Positions 9,564 to 18,514 of a stretch of 64,000 nucleotides of DNA are shown here, piece by piece (positions within the stretch are counted from its first letter, which is position 1; every line of letters starts with the position of its first letter). The notes beneath the pieces were generated by a model, which was given only the letters and a program-made list of their open reading frames with translations, was not told the DNA's origin and did no database searches. The position numbers were made by a program, and so were the translations under genes. The DNA is from an uncultured virus (IMG/VR IMGVR_UViG_3300025122_005623) (lineage: Duplodnaviria > Heunggongvirae > Uroviricota > Caudoviricetes). The DNA is taken from the IMG/VR virus record IMGVR_UViG_3300025122_005623. The stretch is one strand, 5' to 3'.

Positions 9564-10829
9564 CTACCCTACGTAGATGCCCGCGGGCACATCCGACAAA
9601 ACTTTTTCGGTATTATCACTAATGCCTGCATCGGTCTCAGCCAATTTCGCGTATGTAAGCTCATCAAAGGTCGCTTTAAGCTCTTCCCTCAAAGCATCTT
9701 GCTCTGCCTTGGCTTGTCCTAAAAGGTCTGCCGCATTTAGAGTGACAGACTCGCCAGGGATAGGGATGACTCCAAATTTTCCACGAATTTGGCCGAGCGT
9801 TTCCTTCGATAGTGCCAACGCAAAACGACGTATCCACTGTTTCCCAATAGAGTTGATGCTAGTATAAGCAATATTCTGAAACGGAAGAGTGTTCATGTTG
9901 TTGATGCCGAGCACTCCCGACGAGCGGTCCGATGCTGTTTCTTCCCATGGTGTCTCTTCGATGGTAAACTGAAACCAATATTTCTCCGGACTTGTGCCAT
10001 CGGGTTCTGGAAATATTCTTATCTTATTGTTTTTGATCTCGTAGGTCCAGTGGGACACGCGTGTATTTAAGGCGTCCTCATAGGCCATTGACTGTAGCTT
10101 ATTTTGCCAAACAGGAACAATGTCGAAAGTCGAATCATCAGCATATTGCCCATAAGTTCTTAAATTGCCTACAACACTGAAGCCTCCATAATATCCATAA
10201 AAACGCCACATGGCGTTGGGGGTTTTATAAAATACTCTTCGAATGATAATTCTTTTGTTTTCCACCTTGCCATAATAATCTGCCGCCGTGTCGGTGGCTG
10301 CCGAAGATGAAATAATGTTTTGAAGATCGTAGTCTTGTTGTCCACCGACTCGCGTAAAAGAACCGGAATAAATATTTTGAGTTCCTCCGAGATTGGTTTC
10401 CGTACTGGCCCTATCACTTACGCGTCTAATATATCCATAATCATACTTGGGATATCTTAATTCTATCTGCGATCCAGAGAGGGAATCTCCACTTTTTATT
10501 TGTCCGTCTTGATCAAAGGAGGCCGTCGTATGACCTAAAAAGCTTCCGAGTGAGTTTTTAGACTGATGTATGTTAACGATATAAGAGTATTCTAAGACTG
10601 CTTCTTCGTATGCTGCATATACATTCCCGGTCGCCAACTCAATGTCCAGCACATCGCCACCCAATTTTTTATAAGTATATGCTACTTGGTCAGCAGCTCC
10701 TGACAAGAACTCTGGAATCCCTCCATAAATGCCAAAAGGGAGCGTGGCGGCGACGGCAGTAACGGAACCCGTAGAAGTTAAAACGTTCGTATTGGTGGTA
10801 GAAGCCGGATTTAGCTTGGGTATCGCCAT
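9564..10829 (-). CDS. Neck / head-tail adaptor protein (gp13-like)
   Basis: KLGG.V.DIEL, WIRRFALALSKE.LG.IRGKF, VTLN...L...A motifs; follows the major capsid gene. Confidence 0.8.
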   Translation of the reverse strand: MAIPKLNPASTTNTNVLTSTGSVTAVAATLPFGIYGGIPEFLSGAADQVAYTYKKLGGDVLDIELATGNVYAAYEEAVLEYSYIVNIHQSKNSLGSFLGHTTASFDQDGQIKSGDSLSGSQIELRYPKYDYGYIRRVSDRASTETNLGGTQNIYSGSFTRVGGQQDYDLQNIISSSAATDTAADYYGKVENKRIIIRRVFYKTPNAMWRFYGYYGGFSVVGNLRTYGQYADDSTFDIVPVWQNKLQSMAYEDALNTRVSHWTYEIKNNKIRIFPEPDGTSPEKYWFQFTIEETPWEETASDRSSGVLGINNMNTLPFQNIAYTSINSIGKQWIRRFALALSKETLGQIRGKFGVIPIPGESVTLNAADLLGQAKAEQDALREELKATFDELTYAKLAETDAGISDNTEKVLSDVPAGIYVG

Positions 10830-10861
10830 GAAAATGCCCTCTTATTAATTAGTACAACTAC

Positions 10862-10900
10862 CATAAATAGAAAGCCCCGACTGCTAGAGCCGGGGCTTTC
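10862..10900 (-). terminator. Intrinsic terminator-like hairpin after the major capsid gene
   Basis: GAAAGCCCCG...CGGGGCTTTC inverted repeat at 10870-10900, followed on the minus strand by TATTTAT. Confidence 0.75.
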
Positions 10901-10931
10901 AATTTTATTTATCCCTTGAGGGATGAATAGA

Positions 10932-12746
10932 CTAGCCAACCATCATATCACTGATGAGAACCAATCCATACATGTCCGGACGTACCATCTTCTTGGCATA
11001 TCGAGTCATGACTCCCTTACGGGGCACGAAATCTTCAACACCAAAGATCGTAGGCGTGGTCTGCAGCGGCACATAGGGAGCGTAAACATATCCGCTCTCT
11101 AGGAAGCTGCCCCCCTTACGACCGACCAGAACAGTGTTCCGGAGGAAGTAAGGATCGACATAAATGTCCCACTTCTTGGACAGGGAGCCGACCTTAACTG
11201 CGCCGGCAGACCCTCTCTCGCTATCAACAGTGACGTTGGCACGGAAGCCAGCCGTAAACTCAAGGATGTTAGCAACTTCAGGTCCGCAAACCACAAAGTT
11301 AGCACCACCCCGTAGAGTCTTACGGTGAATCTGTGCTGACACGTCATTGATAGTCTCAATGAGAGTCTCATACCACTCACTCACGTTACCAGTGAAGTCC
11401 GGAGCAACAGTAGAAGCCCCAACCTCAACACCAGTCTCGCGATTCAGGAACTTGCCTGGAGCGCGTGACCAGAAGCGGTGCGTGGTAGCACCCTGCAAGA
11501 GATCCTCAAGAATCTCACGATCAATTTCAAGAGCAACCTGCTCAGACAGAATCTGAGTAAGCTCGACCTCGGCATCCAAGTTGTGATAGGCATTAAGATC
11601 CTGTCCCAACTCCGGAGTCCACTTGGCCTTGAGCTTCTTCGTGATCGCCGTAACGGCAACCGAATCAATCTTGATATCGATCTCGGGAATGAACTGAGAA
11701 CCTTCCAGTCCCCACTCGTTTGCACCAACAATCGCACCAATTGCACGCGTACCGACGTTGTTAAACTGATCGGTCTGGACGTAACTCATGGTCTGGGCAA
11801 CGCCGCAGGAAGTTGAGAGCTGCGCTGCAGTTCGACCTCCATCATACGCCACGACCGCCATAACAATGTTTGCATTGCTACGATCGCCGAGCGCGCCACC
11901 TTGACTGCCGGAGCTAAAGGTCGTCAAACGACGAACCAAGTTAGTGCCAGCCTCCTCACCAACGATATTCAATCCAGCTGCAATAGTGGACGAAGAGCAC
12001 TGAATGCTCACAAGATCATCGAGATCAAACTCCTGCGTGCTACTGCCACCCGTAATACGGGCAAGAGGTACTTCAAGCACCACCGCAGTCGCCGTTCCAG
12101 AAAGAGCCATCAAGTCGGCATCAAACTGGAGGAGAGCGTCAAGAGTCTTACTATCGTCGGCCGATGAGACACTAGAGTCGCCAACGGTACCTTGCGCTAA
12201 CACACGACCCCAGTCGTCATCAGCAATAACGTTAGAACCCGTTGGAGATGCATAGCCGTTGTTCAGTCCATAAGGACCGCGTCCTGCATTAGCATCATTC
12301 AGGTTAACACCGCCGGTGATCTGTGATCCAACGACGCCGCCGCCGAAGAATGAACTCCCGGGCGGATATCCTAGACGACCCAGCGCAGTAGCATCTGCGC
12401 CAATCTCCTGAGAGACTGTGAAGTCAAGGAAGAAGATCAGTCCAGATGGCAAACTCATGGGCTGAACGCTAACGAGATCGTTAGCAATTAGGTTGCCGAA
12501 AACACGGCGAACCAAGGGGAAAGCAACAGCAGCGAAACCCTCAACGTCTCCAGCAGCCATGCTGGAAGACTCGCGGAGTAGCTCTTTTGCTTGGTTTTCA
12601 AGCAAGCAAGCCATTCCATTACGGATTTGTTCGCTTTCGAGACCCTCAAGAAGACCCGTCTTTTCCCACTTAGAGATAAGAGCGTCGCCCTCTCGCGAGA
12701 GGTCCCGATTGATGATGCCTTCGGTCAATTTTTCAACAATAGACAT
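10932..12746 (-). CDS. Major capsid protein (T4 gp23-like)
   Basis: LLENQ, PLVRRVF, VSVQPM..PSGLIF, TKKLKAKWT.EL.QDL.AYH.LDAE.EL, EIDREI, YAPYVPL, F.PRKGVMTRY. Strong AGGAGG RBS. Confidence 0.97.
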   Translation of the reverse strand: MSIVEKLTEGIINRDLSREGDALISKWEKTGLLEGLESEQIRNGMACLLENQAKELLRESSSMAAGDVEGFAAVAFPLVRRVFGNLIANDLVSVQPMSLPSGLIFFLDFTVSQEIGADATALGRLGYPPGSSFFGGGVVGSQITGGVNLNDANAGRGPYGLNNGYASPTGSNVIADDDWGRVLAQGTVGDSSVSSADDSKTLDALLQFDADLMALSGTATAVVLEVPLARITGGSSTQEFDLDDLVSIQCSSSTIAAGLNIVGEEAGTNLVRRLTTFSSGSQGGALGDRSNANIVMAVVAYDGGRTAAQLSTSCGVAQTMSYVQTDQFNNVGTRAIGAIVGANEWGLEGSQFIPEIDIKIDSVAVTAITKKLKAKWTPELGQDLNAYHNLDAEVELTQILSEQVALEIDREILEDLLQGATTHRFWSRAPGKFLNRETGVEVGASTVAPDFTGNVSEWYETLIETINDVSAQIHRKTLRGGANFVVCGPEVANILEFTAGFRANVTVDSERGSAGAVKVGSLSKKWDIYVDPYFLRNTVLVGRKGGSFLESGYVYAPYVPLQTTPTIFGVEDFVPRKGVMTRYAKKMVRPDMYGLVLISDMMVG

Positions 12747-12768
12747 TTTTTATATAACCTCCTAAAAA

Positions 12769-13818
12769 TTATTGTTTTTTCTTCAAACCTGCCAAACGTA
12801 ACATTCGATCCATATTAGGATCAACAGTAGTAGAAGCAGTAGAGCCTCTATTTGAACTAAGAAGCATCGAGGTAGTTGGTTTACTAACAGCTTCGCGAAG
12901 TGATTCTGTGCGGCGAGTCCTATGACTGCCCACTGCGCTTTGAAGTGTTTCAAACAACATCTTCGTCTCTTCTACCGAACTGGCGTTACGAACAGCTTCG
13001 ACAATCTTTTCTTTTTGTCGCTCATTCAAGGAGGCGCTATTCAAAGCCTTATTTTGATATAGAAGTTTGGCGTTTTCTAATATCAAAATGTTTAACTGGT
13101 CCTTTGCTTCAATGAGCAAAGAACGCAGACTATCAATTTCAGATTTAGCATCTGAAATTTGTGATTCATAAAGTTCTAGGTTTTTTTCTTGGGCCGCGGT
13201 TACTTCTTCTGACTGTGCGTCGGCAGCTTCTTCTTCAACTGCCATTTCCTCCGCATGCTCTTGCGTCTCGCCACTTGCAACTGGGGCCCACCCACCTAGA
13301 CGGGCGGCCACATCTACTGTAAGCTCTTCTGCGATTGCATCAATAAGCTCATCAGAAATTTCAACGTCTTCCTCTAACGCTAGCTCGGGAGTTTCACCGG
13401 GAGGTAGAGGGGGTGACTCGGCTGCTGGGGCTTCTGCGCCTCCAAAAATTTCTTCTGCCGTCTCCTCGGAACCCATAAGTTCAGATGCCTCGGGTTCGAT
13501 ACCAGCTTCTTCTTCGGCATGCAAACGAGCCCTCAAATCATCAAAATCGATTTCAATTAATTCCTCGTTGCCCGGGCCTTCTATGTTTTGATCTTCGTGA
13601 GCCAGAGGTACCTCCTCCACAAAAGAAGCATCAACTTCTACAGGTGTCTCACCTCCTAGTGCGGGCATGCCCATATCCAATTCTTGCTCTAAAAGGCTTC
13701 CCAATGCACTTTTTACTTCTTGTGAGTATTTTTCTAAAATAGCACTTTCGGCATTCTTGAGCGCAGCCTCTTTTAAAGCGGTTGCGTCGACGATGGCTTG
13801 TTCTAACAGCGAAGACAT
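12769..13818 (-). CDS. Prohead core / scaffolding protein
   Basis: Acidic, coiled-coil protein immediately upstream of the major capsid gene, with many LxE sites and a C-terminal RMLRLAGL. Confidence 0.8.
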   Translation of the reverse strand: MSSLLEQAIVDATALKEAALKNAESAILEKYSQEVKSALGSLLEQELDMGMPALGGETPVEVDASFVEEVPLAHEDQNIEGPGNEELIEIDFDDLRARLHAEEEAGIEPEASELMGSEETAEEIFGGAEAPAAESPPLPPGETPELALEEDVEISDELIDAIAEELTVDVAARLGGWAPVASGETQEHAEEMAVEEEAADAQSEEVTAAQEKNLELYESQISDAKSEIDSLRSLLIEAKDQLNILILENAKLLYQNKALNSASLNERQKEKIVEAVRNASSVEETKMLFETLQSAVGSHRTRRTESLREAVSKPTTSMLLSSNRGSTASTTVDPNMDRMLRLAGLKKKQ

Positions 13819-13983
13819 AAAATTACTCCTTAACTACAGGAAATTGTAATCTATATAAATAGTGAGAAAATAAAAGAAAAGACCATTTTTCTAAAAGTCG
13901 ACTAGTTGACATCAGTGTGATTCTGAATACGTCCCGAACAAATGCCACGTAGTAGTTGGTTTAAAATGAAACATAGTAATTTC

Positions 13984-14562
13984 CTACTCACCCTCATCCT
14001 GGGGAGTATACTGTCCAAATATAAGCCACGAGCCCTCGTCGCCTGACCCCCCGTTGCTAACTAAAGATATACTTGTATTTCCCTCGTTGCCGTCGAGCTC
14101 GATGTGATCCTCATTGTTGTACAGGTTGCCACCGGTGAAGAGAATCCTCGCGGTACCGCCAGTGTAGGGGTCCTCCTGCTGGCCGGTTTGATTAAAAATA
14201 TGATATATTCTTCCCGCGCAGGTATCGGCTGCAGGAAGAGATGCGGTAAGCGCCGCGGCGCCTCCGGGATAGCCGACATCGCCTTCCAGCACAACCATAA
14301 AGTGTGTTTCACCCAAGGTTATATTAGCCTCGGTTGTAGCAAGGTTGCCCGCTTGAGAGCCGCTCACTTCAAAAACCGACGCGGGTGACGTAGTTCCCAC
14401 TCCAACGCTTGAGGCTGATACTATAAAAGTGGTGGATCCCCCCGTTATAATTCCGACGGCATCGCCTCCGGCCGTCCAATCTATATAAGTATTAGCTTGT
14501 GCATCGTCTTCATCGTAAATGTCGCCGCGGCGCACCGAGCCAGTTGAATATTTGTATGACAT
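13984..14562 (-). CDS. Fibre/decoration-like virion protein (MSYKY N-terminus)
   Basis: VGVGTTSPASVFEVSGS fibre repeat. C-terminal LTASLPAA...GRIYHI...SISLVS...WLIF domain shared with neighbouring genes. Confidence 0.6.
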   Translation of the reverse strand: MSYKYSTGSVRRGDIYDEDDAQANTYIDWTAGGDAVGIITGGSTTFIVSASSVGVGTTSPASVFEVSGSQAGNLATTEANITLGETHFMVVLEGDVGYPGGAAALTASLPAADTCAGRIYHIFNQTGQQEDPYTGGTARILFTGGNLYNNEDHIELDGNEGNTSISLVSNGGSGDEGSWLIFGQYTPQDEGE

Positions 14563-14583
14563 CTCACTATAATTAGAGTCTCA

Positions 14584-14611
14584 AATATAAAAAGAGCGAA
14601 TACCCCGAAAG
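14584..14611. repeat. 28-nt direct repeat, copy 1 (3' half of a terminator hairpin)
   Basis: AATATAAAAAGAGCGAATACCCCGAAAG is identical to 15591-15618. Similarity extends to 14574/15581 with 2 mismatches. Confidence 0.95.
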
Positions 14612-14627
14612 TGACTAATAGATGCGA

Positions 14628-15569
14628 TTATATCCCTTCTAAGCGCCCATACATCTTAATATTTTCTAATATTCCATCATTACTGGCGCCAGTATGCATA
14701 GCAAAGCCGGCGACAAGATTGCTATTCCCACCAATATCGACAGCGGTCTCGAATGTGTGGAAAGTTGATTCAGTAACCCAATCGTCATCACTATACTTAA
14801 GATAAGCCGTGTTATCAATAATTTCAATTCGTAGTGATCGATTGGCCTCCATCTGAGCTAAAGTGGTATCGCTGGGGCCGGTCGGGTTGGTTAGTTCTTG
14901 CGCGCCGCCTGCACCACGATCTGCTATTGGACCACCACCCCAGCAATAAACGGCCCAGTCCATCCATTCAAAGCCGTATGTACCAGCCGCATAATCATCT
15001 TTATAACCAAAGCCGAAAATCCAATGATGCACTTCAGAATCCGACATCACGGTGGGGGTGACTTCAATATAGGCGTGATCGGCATAACCAATCTCTGCTA
15101 CTGTATGACAACGCGTATCCCAGAGAGCCGGGGGGCTCCCTGTAATCGCTAAACCCTCTAGGTCGTTGCCCACACCGCCGCTGTCGGTGAAACCCATCAA
15201 AACTGAGTTTGTTATATCCGCCGCCTCGTGGATCTCGATCTCCTGAAGGGTCGTGGCGGCGACGACAGCGCCGTCAGTAAGGGTATATGTTAAGCCATCT
15301 GTGTTGGTAAGGGTTATATCATAGTTGCCCTCGGTGCTTGAGCCGGCGATCGCAAAAGACACAGAGACGGGACTGTTCCAGGTTGTGGCGCCCCATGAGT
15401 GTCCATCTGTTGTTGCTTGGCTTCCTAAGCTAGCACTAATTCCAGATGCAAAGTTGTAACCAGCTAGCGAAATATCAGCACTACTACCTGCAATACCCTC
15501 ATATGTCCCCGATGACCCACTAATCCATGGGGCGTGAATATTCCTATCCCCTTCCGCTTTATATGCCAT
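14628..15569 (-). CDS. Accessory virion/decoration-like protein (MAYKA N-terminus), flanked by direct repeats
   Basis: 313-aa ORF with a Ser/Gly-rich N-half and a beta-rich, possibly lectin-like C-half. Confidence 0.6.
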   Translation of the reverse strand: MAYKAEGDRNIHAPWISGSSGTYEGIAGSSADISLAGYNFASGISASLGSQATTDGHSWGATTWNSPVSVSFAIAGSSTEGNYDITLTNTDGLTYTLTDGAVVAATTLQEIEIHEAADITNSVLMGFTDSGGVGNDLEGLAITGSPPALWDTRCHTVAEIGYADHAYIEVTPTVMSDSEVHHWIFGFGYKDDYAAGTYGFEWMDWAVYCWGGGPIADRGAGGAQELTNPTGPSDTTLAQMEANRSLRIEIIDNTAYLKYSDDDWVTESTFHTFETAVDIGGNSNLVAGFAMHTGASNDGILENIKMYGRLEGI

Positions 15570-15590
15570 TCTTTTATAAATAGAATCTCG

Positions 15591-15630
15591 AATATAAAAA
15601 GAGCGAATACCCCGAAAGATATTCGCTCTT
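15591..15630 (-). terminator. Intrinsic terminator with TTCG loop; contains direct-repeat copy 2 (15591-15618)
   Basis: Minus strand AAGAGCGAATATCT-TTCG-GGGTATTCGCTCTT followed by TTTATATT. Confidence 0.85.
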
Positions 15631-15664
15631 CATTTTATGCTTTGCTAAAAGCTTTTATTCTATC

Positions 15665-16798
15665 TTATATAATAATCCAGTTGCCACCGGTATCTGAGCG
15701 TACAAGCGTAACCGAAGCATAGCTGCTTGACAGCCCAATAACTGAACTGTTATCAATGGAGCCGCTTTCAGAGGAGCCTGTAATCATAACCGAATATCCC
15801 GCGAGTTCATTAACCTTCAGAATAACTGTATCGCCAGCCACAGGGCCACCATCACCCAGCGCCGTCGCTGGAAGCGTAACCTTGTGGTTCCGCCCAATTG
15901 CACCCGTAAAGGCATTAACCCCTACTGATAGTACCGGAACAGTCTCGCCTTCTCCGAGAGCCGCGACAGCGTAGTTCACTCCAAAGCCCGCATCGGGAAC
16001 AAGGCGTCCCCCAATCTCTAGGATTCCGTTCCTAAACTTGAGCAGGTTGGTGTCCTGTGCACCTCCGATGGTGCCACTCTCTGCAATGACAATACCGAAG
16101 CCCTTAAGAAGAGCTTGGCTGGATCCAGAGATGGTGGCGCCCACCGTGACCAGATTATTGGTCGAATCAAGCGTCAGCAACGTTCCTACGCTTGTGGCAA
16201 TCGTACCGCCATCCATGATCGTAAGGCCCAGGCCTTCAAAGCCGCCCCCCGATGATGCAGAAACATTACCGGCAATTACAACTTCTTGGTCGTTAAGTGT
16301 TATTAGCGAGTTCGCACTAGGAGTGCTGATAATTCCATTGTCCCTAAGCCTCAGTCCCTCGCCTGCCAAAGCTGTTGCGCTCGTAGCTGAACTCGAAATA
16401 GCACCAGAGACAGCCAAAGCGTTTCCTAGCTTGGCTGCTCCCACAACCTGTAGGGTGGCTGAGCCAGAAATGTCACCGCGAGAAAGGCCGGCCTGGCCGA
16501 AGGCAGCGCCGATCGCGAGATATGATGCCGTGATATCCCCAACTACAGTTAGAGCGTTGGTGGCCTTGGTGAAGAGCAAGCCACTATCGCCGCCTAGGTT
16601 TGTACCCCCATCGTTAAACTGAACCTGTGTGTCGGTGCCGGCTGCGTTGGCCGTAACGCCAGTTAGTCCTGAACCGTCTCCATAAAATGCGTCTGCCGCA
16701 ATTGAACCAGAAGTAGTGCCATCTCCATCTAAAAGAATGAACGACCCTGTTAAGACGCCATCCGTTTGTAAAACGCCCTTTCGAAATTTATAAGCCAT
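15665..16798 (-). CDS. Fibre-like virion protein (MAYKF N-terminus)
   Basis: FYGDGSGLTG and AGTDTQVQFNDG fibre motifs; C-terminal VTLPA...GDTVILK...SVTLV...W domain; GGAGG RBS. Confidence 0.7.
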   Translation of the reverse strand: MAYKFRKGVLQTDGVLTGSFILLDGDGTTSGSIAADAFYGDGSGLTGVTANAAGTDTQVQFNDGGTNLGGDSGLLFTKATNALTVVGDITASYLAIGAAFGQAGLSRGDISGSATLQVVGAAKLGNALAVSGAISSSATSATALAGEGLRLRDNGIISTPSANSLITLNDQEVVIAGNVSASSGGGFEGLGLTIMDGGTIATSVGTLLTLDSTNNLVTVGATISGSSQALLKGFGIVIAESGTIGGAQDTNLLKFRNGILEIGGRLVPDAGFGVNYAVAALGEGETVPVLSVGVNAFTGAIGRNHKVTLPATALGDGGPVAGDTVILKVNELAGYSVMITGSSESGSIDNSSVIGLSSSYASVTLVRSDTGGNWIII

Positions 16799-16829
16799 TT
16801 TTTAACCCTCCAAAAATCATTAATAGTAT

Positions 16830-16868
16830 AGCTATATATCTATGAGATTATTCTCATAACATATAGCT
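16830..16868. promoter_or_regulatory. Intergenic imperfect hairpin upstream of the 377-aa fibre gene
   Basis: AGCTATAT..TATGAGA-TTAT-TCTCATA..ATATAGCT inverted repeat. Confidence 0.5.
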
Positions 16869-16963
16869 TCTCAGATGATAAAAAGCACGCTATCTCTTAA
16901 TTAATTTTTATATTTCTCAAGCTTGGTTTCCAACTATCTAATATTCATAATTTATAATTTAAA

Positions 16964-18220
16964 TTAGAAAACCATCCATAGCGACGGCGAAGCAAGCGAC
17001 GCCGATGTCTGGATACAAACAAAATTAAGTGCGGCGTACGGTGAATTCACACTTAAAGCGGCGCCTGAACCATCAATTGTAACCATAGATTCTGAATCTA
17101 TACTTCCTGTCACGGTGGCAGCGTATGTAACGGCCGATCCATTAACTTTAAGTCGTACTACCTGTCCTCGCGTTGCCGCTGATGGTAGAGTAAAGGTTCT
17201 GGGGGCGGTCATATCGGTGGTCATGACATTAAAGCCCGCAACCAGCGTTTCATTCGCGTCGCCAATATCATTGACTTCTAGTGCGGCAGCCCCGAGACCT
17301 GTTAAAAGGCTCCCCTCTCCTAAGATATAAGATCCCGATACCCCAGCGCTGGCGGTAATATCTCCGGTTACAGTTAGTAAATCCCCATCAAAAGTTAAGT
17401 TGGCTTCTCCCGTAACGGTTGAAGAATTCACTGAGGTTATAAGTCTATCATTGCCCGTATTTGTGTAGGACGAAATGGCAGCTGATGCGAGATTAGTTAA
17501 ATTTTGTCCATCGCCATAGAAAGCAGATGCCGAAATATTAGAGCTAGCCGAAAGAGACCCGCTGATAGCCAATTTATGAGGCGAGCTGGCAGCGGTTTCT
17601 GCTCCAATGGCAATGCTGCTCGTGACATACGCACTCGACGCATCAACGGTAGTAAAAATCCCCCCGGGGCCGGCCGGGCCTGCAGGAAGGTTAGTTAGAT
17701 TGGATCCATCACCGAAATAATATCCAGCCGAGACGACCCCCTCAAAACGAGCATCCGAGCCAGAAACCCCTACCGCACCAGAAATTGCCCCTGTTACATT
17801 CAATGTGCTTCCTAGGGTGGTGGCCCCAACAACTTGTAAGGTACTGGAGCCGGAAATGCCGCCGGCGACTGTGAGAGTTTCGGATGTGGTTGCGGTTCCA
17901 ATGCCCACCGTGTCAGTTCCCCCATTAACAAACAGCATGTTCGCTTGGCCGGATGATTCCACACGGAAATCGAAGTCGCCTCCAGCCTCGTTGGATATGA
18001 AGGACCCATAATTAATAATTGTGTCGCTTCCGGAAATTATTGTACTTCCCGTGACAATTACCGATCCGCTCACCTGTAGAGTGCCCGTAATTGCTTGGGT
18101 TCCCGCACTCGACGAAACAGAGGCAGAACCGTACGTCATAGTGCCCGCGTCGCTGACCATCTTGGCACCGGATCCGCTAATAATTGTACGTCCTAAAGAG
18201 CTACTAACAATAACAGGCAT
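16964..18220 (-). CDS. Fibre-like virion protein
   Basis: DFDFRVES, VGIGT, YFGDGSNLTNL, FYGDGQNLTNL, GEANLTFDG repeats; C-terminal TFTLPS..RGQVVRLK domain. Confidence 0.7.
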   Translation of the reverse strand: MPVIVSSSLGRTIISGSGAKMVSDAGTMTYGSASVSSSAGTQAITGTLQVSGSVIVTGSTIISGSDTIINYGSFISNEAGGDFDFRVESSGQANMLFVNGGTDTVGIGTATTSETLTVAGGISGSSTLQVVGATTLGSTLNVTGAISGAVGVSGSDARFEGVVSAGYYFGDGSNLTNLPAGPAGPGGIFTTVDASSAYVTSSIAIGAETAASSPHKLAISGSLSASSNISASAFYGDGQNLTNLASAAISSYTNTGNDRLITSVNSSTVTGEANLTFDGDLLTVTGDITASAGVSGSYILGEGSLLTGLGAAALEVNDIGDANETLVAGFNVMTTDMTAPRTFTLPSAATRGQVVRLKVNGSAVTYAATVTGSIDSESMVTIDGSGAALSVNSPYAALNFVCIQTSASLASPSLWMVF

Positions 18221-18514
18221 TAGTCTTCCACCTCTTCCATCAATAATCGGAAACGTTTTCCGTTCTTATTGTTTCTTATAGTTAAATATTCGTCTTCCTC
18301 GATAACAGTCCAGTCGCCACGTTCATTAGCCAAATGCAAGTCGCCTGTATAGACATTAGCCCAGCGCTTGCCCGCTGCTCCGAGATCTTGGGTATTGTCG
18401 TCGAACGGCAATATATTATCAGCAACCGTAACGGCCCCTGTTACATTCAATGTGCTTCCTAGGATGGTGGCTCCAACAACTTGTAGAGTACTGGAGCCAG
18501 AGATGTCGCCGGCG
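17787..18514. repeat. 81-nt dispersed repeat shared by two adjacent fibre genes (17787-17867 and 18434-18514)
   Basis: 74/81 identical by manual alignment, with the first 30 nt perfect. Encodes AG(G/D)ISGSSTLQVVGAT(T/I)LGSTLNVTG. Confidence 0.9.

Noticed and set aside
14584..15618. 28-nt direct repeats as CRISPR repeats, IS ends or att sites
   Set aside because: Only two copies about 1 kb apart, no cas, transposase or integrase in the window, and the sequence is part of a terminator.
17787..18514. 81-nt repeat pair as a DGR template/variable repeat
   Set aside because: Both copies are coding and internal, mismatches are not confined to adenines of one copy, and no reverse transcriptase is present in the window.
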